The translations under genes were made by a program, and so were the position numbers. Under the pieces are notes generated by a model. The model was not told where the DNA came from, did not search any database, and saw nothing but the letters and a program-made list of their open reading frames with translations. Of a stretch of 64,000 bases of DNA, positions 1-12,195 are shown piece by piece. Every line of letters begins with the position of its first letter. Position 1 is the stretch's first letter. This DNA is from Parcubacteria bacterium RAAC4_OD1_1 (GTDB lineage Bacteria; Patescibacteriota; Minisyncoccia; Phycocordibacterales; UBA9973), in the NCBI GenBank assembly GCA_000505065.1, contig AWSN01000001.1, positions 385 through 64,384 on the forward strand. Direction: 5' to 3'.

Positions 1-1556
1 ATCCAAAAGTAAAAATTTTTCATTTTTACAATAACACTGGTAATGCGGTTAGAGGAAGAAATAAGGGAATAAAAGAAGCAAAAGGAGAATTTATTGCTTT
101 TCAAGATAGTGATGATATTGCAGAGAAAGATCGTATAGAAAAATCGATTCAATTTATTAAAAAATATAAAGTTGATATTGTTTATGGAGGCTGGCGTGCT
201 ATTTTAGATGGCACAAGATTAGATACAGGTTTAGTTGATGGGCAAAAAATTTTTAGTCCAGATTGTGATTTTGATACTTTAAAAAATATTTGTGTTCCAT
301 GTCAAAGTACTGTAATGGTTTATAAAAAAGTGTTACATAATGTCGGTGGCTTGAATCCAATAATGAGATATCGTGAAGACCATGAACTCTGGTTAAGATT
401 GGCCTATTTTGGTTATAAATTTAAAGCAATTCCACAAATTCTAACAAACCTTCGTTTAAACAAAAATAATAATGAATTAAATTTCAAAAAAGATGACAAT
501 CATTGGCTTGATTTAATGTTTAAAGAATATAATAAAAAGGGGGTAATTTCTCCCAAAATAGTATATATTATTCCAGGAACTGGAATATCTGGGGGTGTTT
601 CCGTAATCATGTATCATCTTAATGGCTTATTAAATAGAGGGTATGATGTTTCTGTTGTTTCTATGGATAATAAAACATCTATAGATTGGTTTCCGAATCA
701 AAAAGTACCAATTATTCCACTTAGTGATTTGTTTGATGTTAATAAAAATTATGTTTTTAATAATATAGATATTTTGGTTGCTACTCATTGGTCCACATTT
801 GATAAAATATTGAAAATTGAAAGTAAAAGAAAATTATATTTTATTCAGTCAGATGAGCGTGATTTTGAAAATGGTGAAAAATATAAAAAAGAAGTTCAAA
901 AAACTTATGAATATAAAGGTAATCAAAATATAGAATTTTTTACCATGGCAAAATGGATACAAAGATGGCTTAAAGAAGAATTTAATAGAGATTCTATCTA
1001 TATACCAAATGGGCTGGATTTAAGTTTATTTAAACAAACAAATGTTTTTGAAAAAGGAGGCAGAAAGACCCGAGTTTTATTAGAAGGACCAATTAATATT
1101 CCATTTAAAGGAATGGAAAATGCTTTTAATGTTGTCAAAAATTTAGATTGTGAAGTTTGGGCAATTTCTAGTCACGGTAAACCAAAACCAGAATGGAGAT
1201 GTGATAAATTTTTTGAAGGAGTTAATTTGTCTGATATGCCAAAATTATATTCAAGTTGCGATATTCTTTTAAAAATGAGTGAAGTTGAAAGTTTCTCATA
1301 TCCTCCATTAGAGATGATGGCTTGTGGTGGTGTACCAGTAATAAAAAATGTTAGAGGTATAGATGAGTATGCAAAAGATAACTTTAATTGTCTTATTGTT
1401 AATAATAATGAAGAAGCAAAAAAATCAATAGAAAAATTAATTTCTGATAAAGTTTTTTATAATAAATTGAGAAATAATGCATTAGAGACAGCAAATAGGT
1501 TTAATTGGGATAATGCTATAGATATTTTAGAGAAAGAAGTTATAAATAAAAATTAA
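1..1556 (+). CDS. fused glycosyltransferase, GT2-like N-terminal half plus GT4-like C-terminal half (5' partial; ORF is open from window edge)
   Basis: Frame of ORF 315..1556 stays open back to nt 3 with no stop. The upstream part reads ...GEFIAFQDSDDIAEKDRI... (GT2 DxD region) and ...EDHELWLRLAYFGY (GT2 C-terminal motif). The downstream half carries the GT4-type ...FSYPPLEMMACGGVPVI... E-x7-E region. Confidence 0.7.
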   Translation, partial: PKVKIFHFYNNTGNAVRGRNKGIKEAKGEFIAFQDSDDIAEKDRIEKSIQFIKKYKVDIVYGGWRAILDGTRLDTGLVDGQKIFSPDCDFDTLKNICVPCQSTVMVYKKVLHNVGGLNPIMRYREDHELWLRLAYFGYKFKAIPQILTNLRLNKNNNELNFKKDDNHWLDLMFKEYNKKGVISPKIVYIIPGTGISGGVSVIMYHLNGLLNRGYDVSVVSMDNKTSIDWFPNQKVPIIPLSDLFDVNKNYVFNNIDILVATHWSTFDKILKIESKRKLYFIQSDERDFENGEKYKKEVQKTYEYKGNQNIEFFTMAKWIQRWLKEEFNRDSIYIPNGLDLSLFKQTNVFEKGGRKTRVLLEGPINIPFKGMENAFNVVKNLDCEVWAISSHGKPKPEWRCDKFFEGVNLSDMPKLYSSCDILLKMSEVESFSYPPLEMMACGGVPVIKNVRGIDEYAKDNFNCLIVNNNEEAKKSIEKLISDKVFYNKLRNNALETANRFNWDNAIDILEKEVINKN

Positions 1557-1603
1557 TCTTATTTATAAATTTATAAAATAATCCCAAAAATAGTTAATTT
1601 CAT

Positions 1604-2566
1604 ATGTCCCCCAAAATTTCAATTATCATTCCCACTTACAATGGTGAGAAGTACATACAGAAAGCGATTGAGAGTGTTTTGAATCAAACATTTAAGGATT
1701 TTGAGGTTATTGTTGTAGATGATTTTTCTAAAGATAATACAGTTTCAGTAATTGAGGAATTACAAAAAAAGGATGAAAGGATAAAAATTATCTGTTTAAA
1801 TGAAAATTCTGGTGGCCCAGCTAAACCAAAGAATGAAGGTTTTAAAATTGCAAAAGGGGAGTACGTGGCTTATCTAGATCAAGATGATGAATGGCTCAAA
1901 GAAAAATTGGAAGAGCAGATTAAATTTTTTGAAGATTCAAAAGATAAAAATTTAGGGTTAGTCTATTGTGGAGGGAATCTTGTAGATGAAGATAATAAAT
2001 GTTTTAGTCAATATATTCCCAAAATGAAAGATAATCCATTTCCAGAGATGCTGTTGAGGAATCCAATATATAGTAATAGTAGTGTTCTTATAAAGCGTGA
2101 AGTTATAGAGAGGGTGGGAGAGAGAGATGAAAATATGAAGTATTCAGAAGACTTCGATATGTGGATTCGTGTCGCTAAATCTGGGTATGGTATTGGGGTT
2201 ATATCTAAACCATTGTTTAATTATTTTTTTCATAAAAATAATGTTACAAAAACGATAAATCAAATTCTTAAAGTAAAAGATATGGAATATCTTTTTAATA
2301 AAAATGAAGACATATATAGAAAGTATAATTATACCCACATTGGATTTTTTAGAATTGGAGTAATGTATTATCTAGCAGGGGATTCAAAGGAAAGTAGGAA
2401 ATTCTTTATAAAATCTATAAAAACAAATAAAATTTTTTTACCAGTATATTTTGGATATATTCTTTCATTATTCGGGGATTTTGGCAAAAGAATTATTTAT
2501 TTCCTTATATTCTTGTATCGTATAGCAAAAGGGAAAAGATATTTAATTTTTAAAAAGAATAATTAG
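1604..2566 (+). CDS. family 2 glycosyltransferase
   Basis: N-terminus ISIIIPTYNGEKYIQKAIESVLNQTFKDFEVIVVDDFSKDNT, then YLDQDDEW (DxD) and ED.DMW motifs. Typical GT2. Confidence 0.8.
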   Translation: MSPKISIIIPTYNGEKYIQKAIESVLNQTFKDFEVIVVDDFSKDNTVSVIEELQKKDERIKIICLNENSGGPAKPKNEGFKIAKGEYVAYLDQDDEWLKEKLEEQIKFFEDSKDKNLGLVYCGGNLVDEDNKCFSQYIPKMKDNPFPEMLLRNPIYSNSSVLIKREVIERVGERDENMKYSEDFDMWIRVAKSGYGIGVISKPLFNYFFHKNNVTKTINQILKVKDMEYLFNKNEDIYRKYNYTHIGFFRIGVMYYLAGDSKESRKFFIKSIKTNKIFLPVYFGYILSLFGDFGKRIIYFLIFLYRIAKGKRYLIFKKNN

Positions 2567-2586
2567 ATAAACAAAAAAAGAAGGGG

Positions 2587-2763
2587 TTAACTCTTCTTTT
2601 TTAATTCAATTTTAATTTTGAATGTGTGTTCTGTTTTGCATTTGAACTTAAAAGTCTTTGTGTCTTTTTCAAAATTTGTCTTATCTGAAATAAGGGCACA
2701 AAGGACCTGCTTTTTACATTCTGGGCAATACTCCAGAAATGTATAACTTTTTTCTCCTTCCAT
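2587..2763 (-). CDS. small Cys-containing protein (58 aa), possible zinc-ribbon-like; not in ORF track
   Basis: Minus-strand ATG at 2761-2763. Reads MEGEKSYTFLEYCPECKKQVLCALISDKTNFEKDTKTFKFKCKTEH..., stop at 2587-2589. It fills an otherwise empty 300-bp gap between convergent and divergent genes. No homology claimed. Confidence 0.25.
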   Translation of the reverse strand: MEGEKSYTFLEYCPECKKQVLCALISDKTNFEKDTKTFKFKCKTEHTFKIKIELKKKS

Positions 2764-2875
2764 AATAACCTCCTTTTTTGTCTATACTAGTACTTTCTCA
2801 AAAATAAGCAAGAAACCTTTAATAAGAAGATAACTCATTGCAATAAATTTATATTGATGTGATAATATAAATGTA

Positions 2876-3376
2876 ATGGAAAAAGATATTAATAATATAG
2901 CATTTATAGATGGTCAAAATTTATATTTGGGAACAAAACAGGATGGATGGTCTGTTGATCTTACTAAATTAAGAATATATTTAAAAGATAAATATAAAAT
3001 TAAAGATGCTTACTATTTTTTGGGTTATTTAAATGAGGAAAATAATGAACTATATAAGCAAATACAAAAATCAGGATTTATAGTTGTGTTTAAGGAACAC
3101 AATGAATATGCTCTAACAAAAAAGAAAGGAAATGTTGATACTGATATAGTTTTTGAAATAATGAAAAGTATGATTGATAATAATTTTAATAAAATAGTTT
3201 TAGTTTCTGGAGATGGGGATTATAAAAAGGTTGTAGATTATCTTATAGAAAAAGATAGATTTGAAAAGATTTTATTTCCAAATATTAAGTTTGCTTCATC
3301 TTTATATAAAAAATTAGGTAATAATTTCTTTACCCATCTTGGAAGGGAGGATGTTAAAATTAAAATAAAGAATTAG
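2876..3376 (+). CDS. NYN-domain (LabA-like, PIN-like) protein
   Basis: IAFIDGQNLY... and ...VLVSGDGDY motifs typical of the NYN/DUF88 family. Confidence 0.65.
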   Translation: MEKDINNIAFIDGQNLYLGTKQDGWSVDLTKLRIYLKDKYKIKDAYYFLGYLNEENNELYKQIQKSGFIVVFKEHNEYALTKKKGNVDTDIVFEIMKSMIDNNFNKIVLVSGDGDYKKVVDYLIEKDRFEKILFPNIKFASSLYKKLGNNFFTHLGREDVKIKIKN

Positions 3377-3479
3377 ATAAAAAGAAAAGGGTGCCTAAGG
3401 CACTAACACCCTTCGGACCCCTTTTCGTATTGATGTTTATATTATATACCCATATGATATAAGTGTCAATGTTATGTAT

Positions 3480-3501
3480 ATAAATAATCTCTAACGGGGT
3501 T
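3480..3501. repeat. 22-bp direct repeat copy A (ATAAATAATCTCTAACGGGGTT), also the left arm of the hairpin CTCTAACGGGG-TTCA-CCCCGTTAGAG (3490-3516)
   Basis: Exact 22/22 match to 3763-3784. Flanks the GIY-YIG gene. Confidence 0.7.
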
Positions 3502-3516
3502 CACCCCGTTAGAGAT
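3490..3516. terminator. hairpin (11-bp stem) overlapping the stop codon of the GIY-YIG gene; likely bidirectional terminator between NYN and GIY-YIG genes
   Basis: Perfect inverted repeat CTCTAACGGGG/CCCCGTTAGAG with a 4-nt loop. AT-rich flanks. Confidence 0.4.
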
Positions 3517-3763
3517 AGGAAGCGCCTAATCTATTTTTAAGATATCGCTTACCAATTCCAGATTTTAAATAAATTTCTCTTGATCTAGCTTTCTCTTCTA
3601 ATAAACATGCTTCATAATAAATAACTTCAAATGGTCCTTTTCCTTTTGTATAAGTAGAATAACCTCTATTGTGTTGTGTAAGGCGCTTCCGTAAGTCTTT
3701 TGTATTTCCAGTGTATAATTTACCATCTTTTTTACTTTTTAATATATATGTGTAATAAAACAT
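3509..3763 (-). CDS. stand-alone GIY-YIG nuclease-domain protein (COG2827/YhbQ-like)
   Basis: YYTYILKSKKDGKLYTGNTKDLRKRLTQHN...GPFEVIYYE matches the GIY-(x10)-YIG motif plus the conserved R and E. 84 aa. Confidence 0.8.
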   Translation of the reverse strand: MFYYTYILKSKKDGKLYTGNTKDLRKRLTQHNRGYSTYTKGKGPFEVIYYEACLLEEKARSREIYLKSGIGKRYLKNRLGASYL

Positions 3764-3784
3764 AAATAATCTCTAACGGGGTTA
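3763..3784. repeat. 22-bp direct repeat copy B (ATAAATAATCTCTAACGGGGTT)
   Basis: Exact copy of 3480-3501. Overlaps the GIY-YIG start codon (3761-3763) and the stop codon of the sugar transferase (3782-3784). Confidence 0.7.
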
Positions 3785-5089
3785 ATGTGTAAAAATTATG
3801 ATAATTGTGCGGAGGATTATGCCGATGTCTATGAATATATTTCTGTTCTTTATGTAGTATAAGTCATATTCAAACTTTTCTTTAGATTCATCTATTGTTT
3901 TTGCATAGTGGTACTTGATCTGTGCCCAGCCAGTGAACCCAGGGGTTATGGTGTGTCTCATATTGTAGTGGGGGATTTCTTTTTCTAATTTCTCCACAAA
4001 TTCTGGTCTCTCTGGTCTGGGTCCTACGAGAGTGATGTCTCCTTTTAAAATGTTTATCATTTGGGGAATTTCATCTATATGAAGTCTCCTTGTTATGTTT
4101 CCGATACGAGTTATACGAGGATCATCTTTACCTGTGGACCATTTAACCCCATCTCTTTCTGCATTTATAGACATAGATCTCAACTTGTATAATTTGAAAA
4201 TTTTACCATTTAGACCTACTCTTGTCTGGGTATAAAATATAGGGCCTTTATCTTCTAGATAAATAAGTAATCCACAAATAATTAAAACAGGGGATAATAC
4301 AATAAGTAAAATTAAAGAAAAAACTATATCTAAAATTCTAGAGAATATATAGTATAAAATATCTTTTTTAATATTTATATTATTTGTTATAAATTCTGTG
4401 TTTATATATTCAACGGGTATTTTGTAAAGATATTTCTCATAAGCGGTCGCTGTATCCATAACCTCGATATTTCTATTGTGTAAATCAAGTAAAAATTTTT
4501 CACCAACATCCTTTTTGTTATCTATAATTATAATCGTGCCATCTATAAGTAAATCATCTTTCAAATCCTCAACCTTACTACTTAAAGATATCTTTTTTGA
4601 TAGTCCGGTTTGGGGATTGATATCTATTAGTGTCTCCAATTCTTTTAAATATTTAGATTCTCCTATTAAGATGGTGTTTTTTGTAAAAGTTTTTGCAAAA
4701 AGACTGTAAATGATTCTTCTAAAAATAAAAGAAAATAATCCAAAAAGTCCAACTTGAATGAAAAGGTTTACCTTGGGAGAGATACCAAACATGGGAACAA
4801 AATAAAAGAACATAAGCCCCACAACAAAAGATGTGAAGAGAGCAAAGAACCATCTTTTTAAAAATGGAATAGTCGGCTTGATGGAAATTAGATCATAAAG
4901 ACCAAATATATAAAATATATTTACCCAAAAAACATAGAGTATAAGAAATGGCAGAGCATGAGTGCTAAATGCCCAAGAGTATAAACTGCTATCAAATCTG
5001 ATAAATATAAGTGATATGAAAGCAATTAAAAAAGAAAAGAAGTCACCCAATATTATAAATAAAACTCTATTCATCCCGTTAGAAATCAT
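3782..5089 (-). CDS. polyprenyl-phosphate sugar phosphotransferase (bacterial sugar transferase family, WbaP/CpsE-like)
   Basis: Five N-terminal TM segments. C-terminal ILDIVFSLILLIVLSPVLIICGLLIYLEDKGPIFYTQTRVGLNGKIFKLYKLRSM...DEIPQMINILKGDITLVGPRPERPE is the PF02397 signature. Confidence 0.85.
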   Translation of the reverse strand: MISNGMNRVLFIILGDFFSFLIAFISLIFIRFDSSLYSWAFSTHALPFLILYVFWVNIFYIFGLYDLISIKPTIPFLKRWFFALFTSFVVGLMFFYFVPMFGISPKVNLFIQVGLFGLFSFIFRRIIYSLFAKTFTKNTILIGESKYLKELETLIDINPQTGLSKKISLSSKVEDLKDDLLIDGTIIIIDNKKDVGEKFLLDLHNRNIEVMDTATAYEKYLYKIPVEYINTEFITNNINIKKDILYYIFSRILDIVFSLILLIVLSPVLIICGLLIYLEDKGPIFYTQTRVGLNGKIFKLYKLRSMSINAERDGVKWSTGKDDPRITRIGNITRRLHIDEIPQMINILKGDITLVGPRPERPEFVEKLEKEIPHYNMRHTITPGFTGWAQIKYHYAKTIDESKEKFEYDLYYIKNRNIFIDIGIILRTIIIIFTH

Positions 5090-5253
5090 ATATGTTGTAT
5101 TACCAATAATAATTATATTTAGACTTAAATAATATTTTGATTAAATATTTTCCATCACAAACGGGAGTCTAATGACTTCCTATTTCTAACGGGATAAATA
5201 TTCTTTATTTTACCACATTTTGATATTTATATGTATTTTGGTATTATGGGGTT

Positions 5254-5349
5254 ATGTTTAGTAAACACACATTAAAAGTTATATTTGCTTTTGGTTTAGT
5301 TATCGCGTTTAGCCTTATTATCCTAGTCTTTCTAGACGGGAAGAAGTAA
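5254..5349 (+). CDS. possible 31-aa hydrophobic peptide (MFSKHTLKVIFAFGLVIAFSLIILVFLDGKK)
   Basis: Short ATG ORF with one TM-like segment in the intergenic region upstream of rplJ. No other support. Confidence 0.15.
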   Translation: MFSKHTLKVIFAFGLVIAFSLIILVFLDGKK

Positions 5350-5357
5350 AATAGCAT

Positions 5358-5385
5358 TTGACAAATCCTGTGTATTTGCTACAAT
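5358..5385 (+). promoter_or_regulatory. sigma70-type promoter for rplJ-rplL (TTGACA, 16-nt spacer, TACAAT)
   Basis: TTGACA at 5358-5363 and TACAAT at 5380-5385. Near-consensus -35/-10 about 130 nt upstream of the rplJ ATG. Confidence 0.55.
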
Positions 5386-5514
5386 ATAAATATAGCCGTA
5401 GAAAGCGAGTGGCCCAAAGCCTTAATCTCTCGCCGAGGTCGAAAAACTCTTTAAAGGAGTTTGACTACGTGTACGGCCCTTATCGGGGCTTTTTTTAATT
5501 TAAAACAAATTATT
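5386..5514 (+). promoter_or_regulatory. ribosomal protein L10 leader (candidate L10(L12)4 autoregulatory structure with attenuator-like hairpin GCCC-uuauc-GGGGC followed by U7)
   Basis: GC-rich structured leader (GCCGTAGAAAGCGAGTGGCCC...GGCCCTTATCGGGGCTTTTTTT) immediately upstream of rplJ. Analogous to the rplJ leader in other bacteria. Confidence 0.4.
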
Positions 5515-6000
5515 ATGATTTCAAAACAAAAAAAAGAAGAGGTTGTAAGCGAATTGAAAGATTCTCTTAAGGATGCCAAATCAATTGTTTTTGTAAAATT
5601 CGATAGACTAAAGGTAGGAGATGTGAATAGTCTTCGCAGAAAATTACAAAAAGAAAATGTTGGATACTCTGTATCAAAGAAAACTCTACTAAAGCGTGTG
5701 CTAGATACAAAAGGAATAGAAGGTGAACTACCTGAAATACCTGGGCAGATAGCTATCGCTTATGGAGAAGACTTACTTACTCCAGCCAGAGAAGTGTTTA
5801 ATTTCTCTAAAGCTTTAAAAGAGAATGTTTCAATCGTCGGTGGAGTTTTTGAAGGGAAGTATAAGAATAAAGATGAGATGATGTCCATTGCAAATATTCC
5901 TTCTCTACAAGTTCTACGTGGAATGTTTGTGAACCTTATCAATTCACCAATACAAAGATTTGCAGTGGTTATGAATGCTATTGCAGAGAAAAAGGGATAA
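5515..6000 (+). CDS. rplJ: 50S ribosomal protein L10
   Basis: MISKQKKEEVVSELKDSLKDAKSIVFVKFDRLKVGDVNSLRRKL... matches L10. The ORF-track start at 5461 is a TTG extension running through the leader hairpin, so the first ATG (5515) is used. Confidence 0.85.
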   Translation: MISKQKKEEVVSELKDSLKDAKSIVFVKFDRLKVGDVNSLRRKLQKENVGYSVSKKTLLKRVLDTKGIEGELPEIPGQIAIAYGEDLLTPAREVFNFSKALKENVSIVGGVFEGKYKNKDEMMSIANIPSLQVLRGMFVNLINSPIQRFAVVMNAIAEKKG

Positions 6001-6024
6001 ATTATAAATTAATTAAATAAAATT

Positions 6025-6420
6025 ATGGATACAGAAAATAAAGTAGTAGAAGTTCCTGCAAAATTCAAAGACATAGTTTCTAAAATAGAAGAAATGTCTG
6101 TTATCGAATTACACGAACTCGTAAAAGTATTAGAAGAAAAGTTTGGAGTCTCAGCTTCTGCAGTAGCAGTCGCAGGACCTGCAGTAGCAGGGGAAGTAGC
6201 AGAAGCAAAGTCTACATTTGATGTAGAACTTACAGCATCTGGTGAACAAAAGATTGCAGTTATGAAAGTTGTCAAAGAAGTTCTTGCTCTTGGACTTAAA
6301 GAAGCAAAAGACTTGGTTGACGGAGCACCAGCAGTCCTTAAAGCAGGTATGAAAAAAGAAGAAGCAGAAGAACTAAAGAAGAAACTTGAAGAAGTTGGAG
6401 CTAAAGTCACCCTCAAATAG
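6025..6420 (+). CDS. rplL: 50S ribosomal protein L7/L12
   Basis: N-terminal dimerisation region, Ala/Val/Glu-rich hinge, and C-terminal ...[56 protein letters not shown]. Confidence 0.95.
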   Translation: MDTENKVVEVPAKFKDIVSKIEEMSVIELHELVKVLEEKFGVSASAVAVAGPAVAGEVAEAKSTFDVELTASGEQKIAVMKVVKEVLALGLKEAKDLVDGAPAVLKAGMKKEEAEELKKKLEEVGAKVTLK

Positions 6421-6427
6421 GGTGACT

Positions 6428-6624
6428 TTAGAGCCGGACCGCGACGGCGGGAGGCGGGTGAGGAAGCGAATACTTGAAGTTTCCGCAAGACCTTGAATAT
6501 TTTTTAATAAAAATGTGAAAGGTGTACAGAATCTGTAAGATTCGCGGAAATTTTCAACAGAAAATTATCCGTGACAAGGTGACTTTGAAATAAAATCATT
6601 TTGGTACTGGGATTACATCTCACA
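6428..6624 (+). other. GC-rich non-coding stretch after rplL (candidate small RNA or vestigial leader), ends at the intrinsic terminator 6625-6650
   Basis: No ORF. Local GC is far above background (CCGGACCGCGACGGCGGGAGGCGGGTGAGGAAGCG). Long-range complementary TTTCCGC(6479-6485)/GCGGAAA(6544-6550). Direct repeat GGTGACTTT at 6421 and 6578. Confidence 0.25.
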
Positions 6625-6650
6625 AAAAACACCCTTTACAGGGTGTTTTT
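6625..6650 (+). terminator. rho-independent terminator (AAAAACACCCT-TTAC-AGGGTGTTTTT)
   Basis: 7-bp GC-containing stem flanked by an A-run and a T-run. Confidence 0.65.
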
Positions 6651-6670
6651 TGTGGCATATAATAGACCTC

Positions 6671-7285
6671 ATGGAAACACTAGCAAAACTTTTTGGAGGG
6701 CACGCAAGAATAAAAATTATGCGACTTTTCCTTTTGAATGAAAATAATTTTGAAATAGAAGATATCGTGAGTCGTACTAGAGTAACAAAAGGTAATGTAA
6801 GAAAAGAGATCAATGCTCTTTCTGGTATGGGATTTATAAGGAGTAAAAATATAACCAAAGAAGGTTCTCGTGGTGCTAAAAAGAAAATACAAACATGGTA
6901 TTTGAATAATTCTTTTGGATATTTGGGGCCAATAAAAGATTTACTAATAGATCCTAATCTTTTGGTGGAAGATAACTTTTTAAATAGATTTAAATCTATT
7001 GGTAAGATTAAACTTCTTGTGATCTCGGGTGTATTCATTGGGGATTCTCAAAGTAGGGTAGATGTATTAATTGTTGGAGATAAATTAAAGAAAAATATTT
7101 TACAGCAAGTTATTAAAAGTTTGGAGTCAGAAATAGGGAAAGAGCTTATTTATGTTGTCTTTGATTCAGCAGAATTTAAATATAGACTCGATATGTATGA
7201 TAAACTTGTTTGTGACATCCTAGATCTTCCTCACGAGAAGCTTATAGATATTGGGCAACTTTCTACATATATTTCTAAAAAATAA
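6671..7285 (+). CDS. winged-helix (ArsR/MarR-like HTH) domain protein, putative transcriptional regulator
   Basis: N-terminal LAKLFGGHARIKIMRLFLLNENNFEIEDIVSRTRVTKGNVRKEINALSGMGFI is wHTH-like. The track start at 6650 is TTG inside the terminator, so ATG 6671 is used. Confidence 0.45.
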   Translation: METLAKLFGGHARIKIMRLFLLNENNFEIEDIVSRTRVTKGNVRKEINALSGMGFIRSKNITKEGSRGAKKKIQTWYLNNSFGYLGPIKDLLIDPNLLVEDNFLNRFKSIGKIKLLVISGVFIGDSQSRVDVLIVGDKLKKNILQQVIKSLESEIGKELIYVVFDSAEFKYRLDMYDKLVCDILDLPHEKLIDIGQLSTYISKK

Positions 7286-7292
7286 AATAAGA

Positions 7293-7316
7293 ATGCCCCG
7301 GCCGAAGGCCGGGGCA
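7293..7316 (+). terminator. hairpin ATGCCCCGGCC-GAA-GGCCGGGGCAT
   Basis: Perfect 11-bp GC-rich stem directly after the stop codon. Weak T tail (GTTTCC). Confidence 0.5.
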
Positions 7317-7421
7317 TGTTTCCCCCTATACCCAAATTCTTTATAGAATGATATAATAATATTGTACTTGGAAGGGTCGAACTTTGTAAGTATCTTATTA
7401 TTTTTTGTATTTAATTTAATT

Positions 7422-8114
7422 ATGTCTTTAATACAAACATGGGGAGACGTCTTTAGCACATCTCTCATAAATCTATGGCAAGGGTTCATTGGTTTTGTTC
7501 CAAATTTATTGGGTGCAATAATTCTTTTTATAATTGGCTGGGTCGTAGGCTCTGTCGTTGCAAAAGCAATTACACATTTACTCGATATGGTAAAACTCAA
7601 CAAGCTTTTTGAAAGTGCAGGGGTAGAAGGTTTTGTTGCGAGAGCGGGCCTCAAGCTTAATGTCAGTGGTTTTATTGGTGCTATAGTCAAATGGTTTTTG
7701 ATTGTGGTCTTTCTAATGGCATCACTTGAAATAATTGGTCTCACACAAGTAAATGACTTTCTACGTGAAGCAGTGCTTTACTATTTACCAAAAGTTATTA
7801 TTGCAGCATTTGTGCTTATTATTGCTACCGTCATTGCTGATGCAATGAAGAAGCTTGTGCTTGCTTCTGCAAAAGCAGCAAATGTAAAGTCTGCAAATAT
7901 GCTAGGGTCTATTACTCTTTATGCAATCTGGATTTTTGCATTTATCATTGCTTTAGCTGAGCTTGGAATCGCAAGTGCATTTATGCAAATACTATTTACA
8001 GGGTTCATAGCAGCGCTTGCTATCGCACTTGGGCTTGCATTTGGAATTGGAGGTAAAGATGTCGCAGCGAAAATTTTAACAAAAATTTCTAACGATGTTT
8101 CTTCTAAAGAATAG
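7422..8114 (+). CDS. multi-pass membrane protein with repeated 'conserved TM helix' segments (MscS-associated TM_helix-like)
   Basis: Repeated segments such as KWFLIVVFLMASLEIIGLTQVNDFL and AIWIFAFIIALAELGIASAFMQIL. The track start at 7362 is TTG, so ATG 7422 is used. Confidence 0.45.
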   Translation: MSLIQTWGDVFSTSLINLWQGFIGFVPNLLGAIILFIIGWVVGSVVAKAITHLLDMVKLNKLFESAGVEGFVARAGLKLNVSGFIGAIVKWFLIVVFLMASLEIIGLTQVNDFLREAVLYYLPKVIIAAFVLIIATVIADAMKKLVLASAKAANVKSANMLGSITLYAIWIFAFIIALAELGIASAFMQILFTGFIAALAIALGLAFGIGGKDVAAKILTKISNDVSSKE

Positions 8115-8146
8115 GAATATTCTTAAGAAAAAATAAGTTAGATAAA

Positions 8147-8179
8147 CTGCCCCGCAGGCAAAGCCTGCGGGGCAGTTTT
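8147..8179 (+). terminator. rho-independent terminator CTGCCCCGCAGG-CAAAG-CCTGCGGGGCAG + TTTT
   Basis: 12-bp perfect stem followed by a T-run. Confidence 0.7.
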
Positions 8180-8341
8180 AAGTATAGATTTAAGAGCTTG
8201 ACCCCCACACCTATATTTTTATTTTTTGCTTCACAAAATTGTATTTTTTCATATTAATTATAGTTAGAAAATAATCCTTATATTTCAAGCTTAAAATGTC
8301 TCTTTTTAGAGGTTATAAAAATATGGGTGTGGGGGTTGACT

Positions 8342-8370
8342 TTATTTTTAATTTCGTATATCATACCAAG
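8342..8370 (+). promoter_or_regulatory. candidate rRNA promoter (TTGACT ... TATATCAT), embedded in a 17-bp inverted repeat pair (8196-8212 / 8330-8347)
   Basis: TTGACT at 8342-8347 with an A/T-rich -10-like element about 17 nt downstream. It is 290 nt upstream of the 23S 5' end. A hairpin TCCGC-TCTAAAG-GCGGA + T7 lies at 8440-8462 inside the leader. Confidence 0.3.
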
Positions 8371-8656
8371 CACGATGTTAATAAGTCAAAAACAGTTGAA
8401 AAAGCGGTAAGAGTAATCTCTAAACGGTTTTACTTTTGTCCGCTCTAAAGGCGGATTTTTTTATTAAAGACATCGAGATGATATTTGAAAACTGAATGCT
8501 GTTCTAGCCCACTGTTATCCTATATTTTTAGGGTCTTTTAATCGGGCTGGAAACAGAGACGCAAAATTAGATATTTTTATTTGTTAAGGAAGCGGTTCCT
8601 TTGTTTAAAAATATCGCATTTTGATTTTTATCAAAATGGTTTTCAAATTTCCTAAT

Positions 8657-12078
<3,422 letters not shown>

Positions 12079-12195
12079 ATTAGGAAATTTGGAAATATTA
12101 TATTTGCGTCCGTCGCCCGACAATTTATTTGTTTAGGGTTATAGCATTCAGTTTTCAGGTATTATCAAATACTTGGATGTAAATTCCATTATTGT

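Noticed and set aside
2144-2338. Other short antisense or overlapping ORFs: 2144..2338(-), 4476..4709(+), 6613..7038(-), 6680..6892(-), 7220..7744(-), 13162..13350(-), 15427..15609(-), 15979..16254(-), 17024..17723, 18284..18526(-), 22673..23690(+), 23838..24071(+), 24774..25222(-), 25493..25771(-), 26263..26472(+), 26603..26797(-), 27080..27277(-), 29592..29982, 32011..32235(-), 33658..33840(-), 34412..35060(-), 52976..53671(-), 54016..54734(-), 56873..57797(-), 59173..59830(-), 60590..60959(-)
   Set aside because: Each is fully contained in or antisense to a larger gene with clear homology or architecture. None has an independent motif, RBS or intergenic location.
6009-6488. 159-aa minus-strand ORF antisense to rplL, and 5760..5942(-) antisense to rplJ
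   Set aside because: Both overlap highly confident ribosomal protein genes. Their Ala/Ser/Pro-rich translation is a typical antisense artefact of GCN-rich codons.
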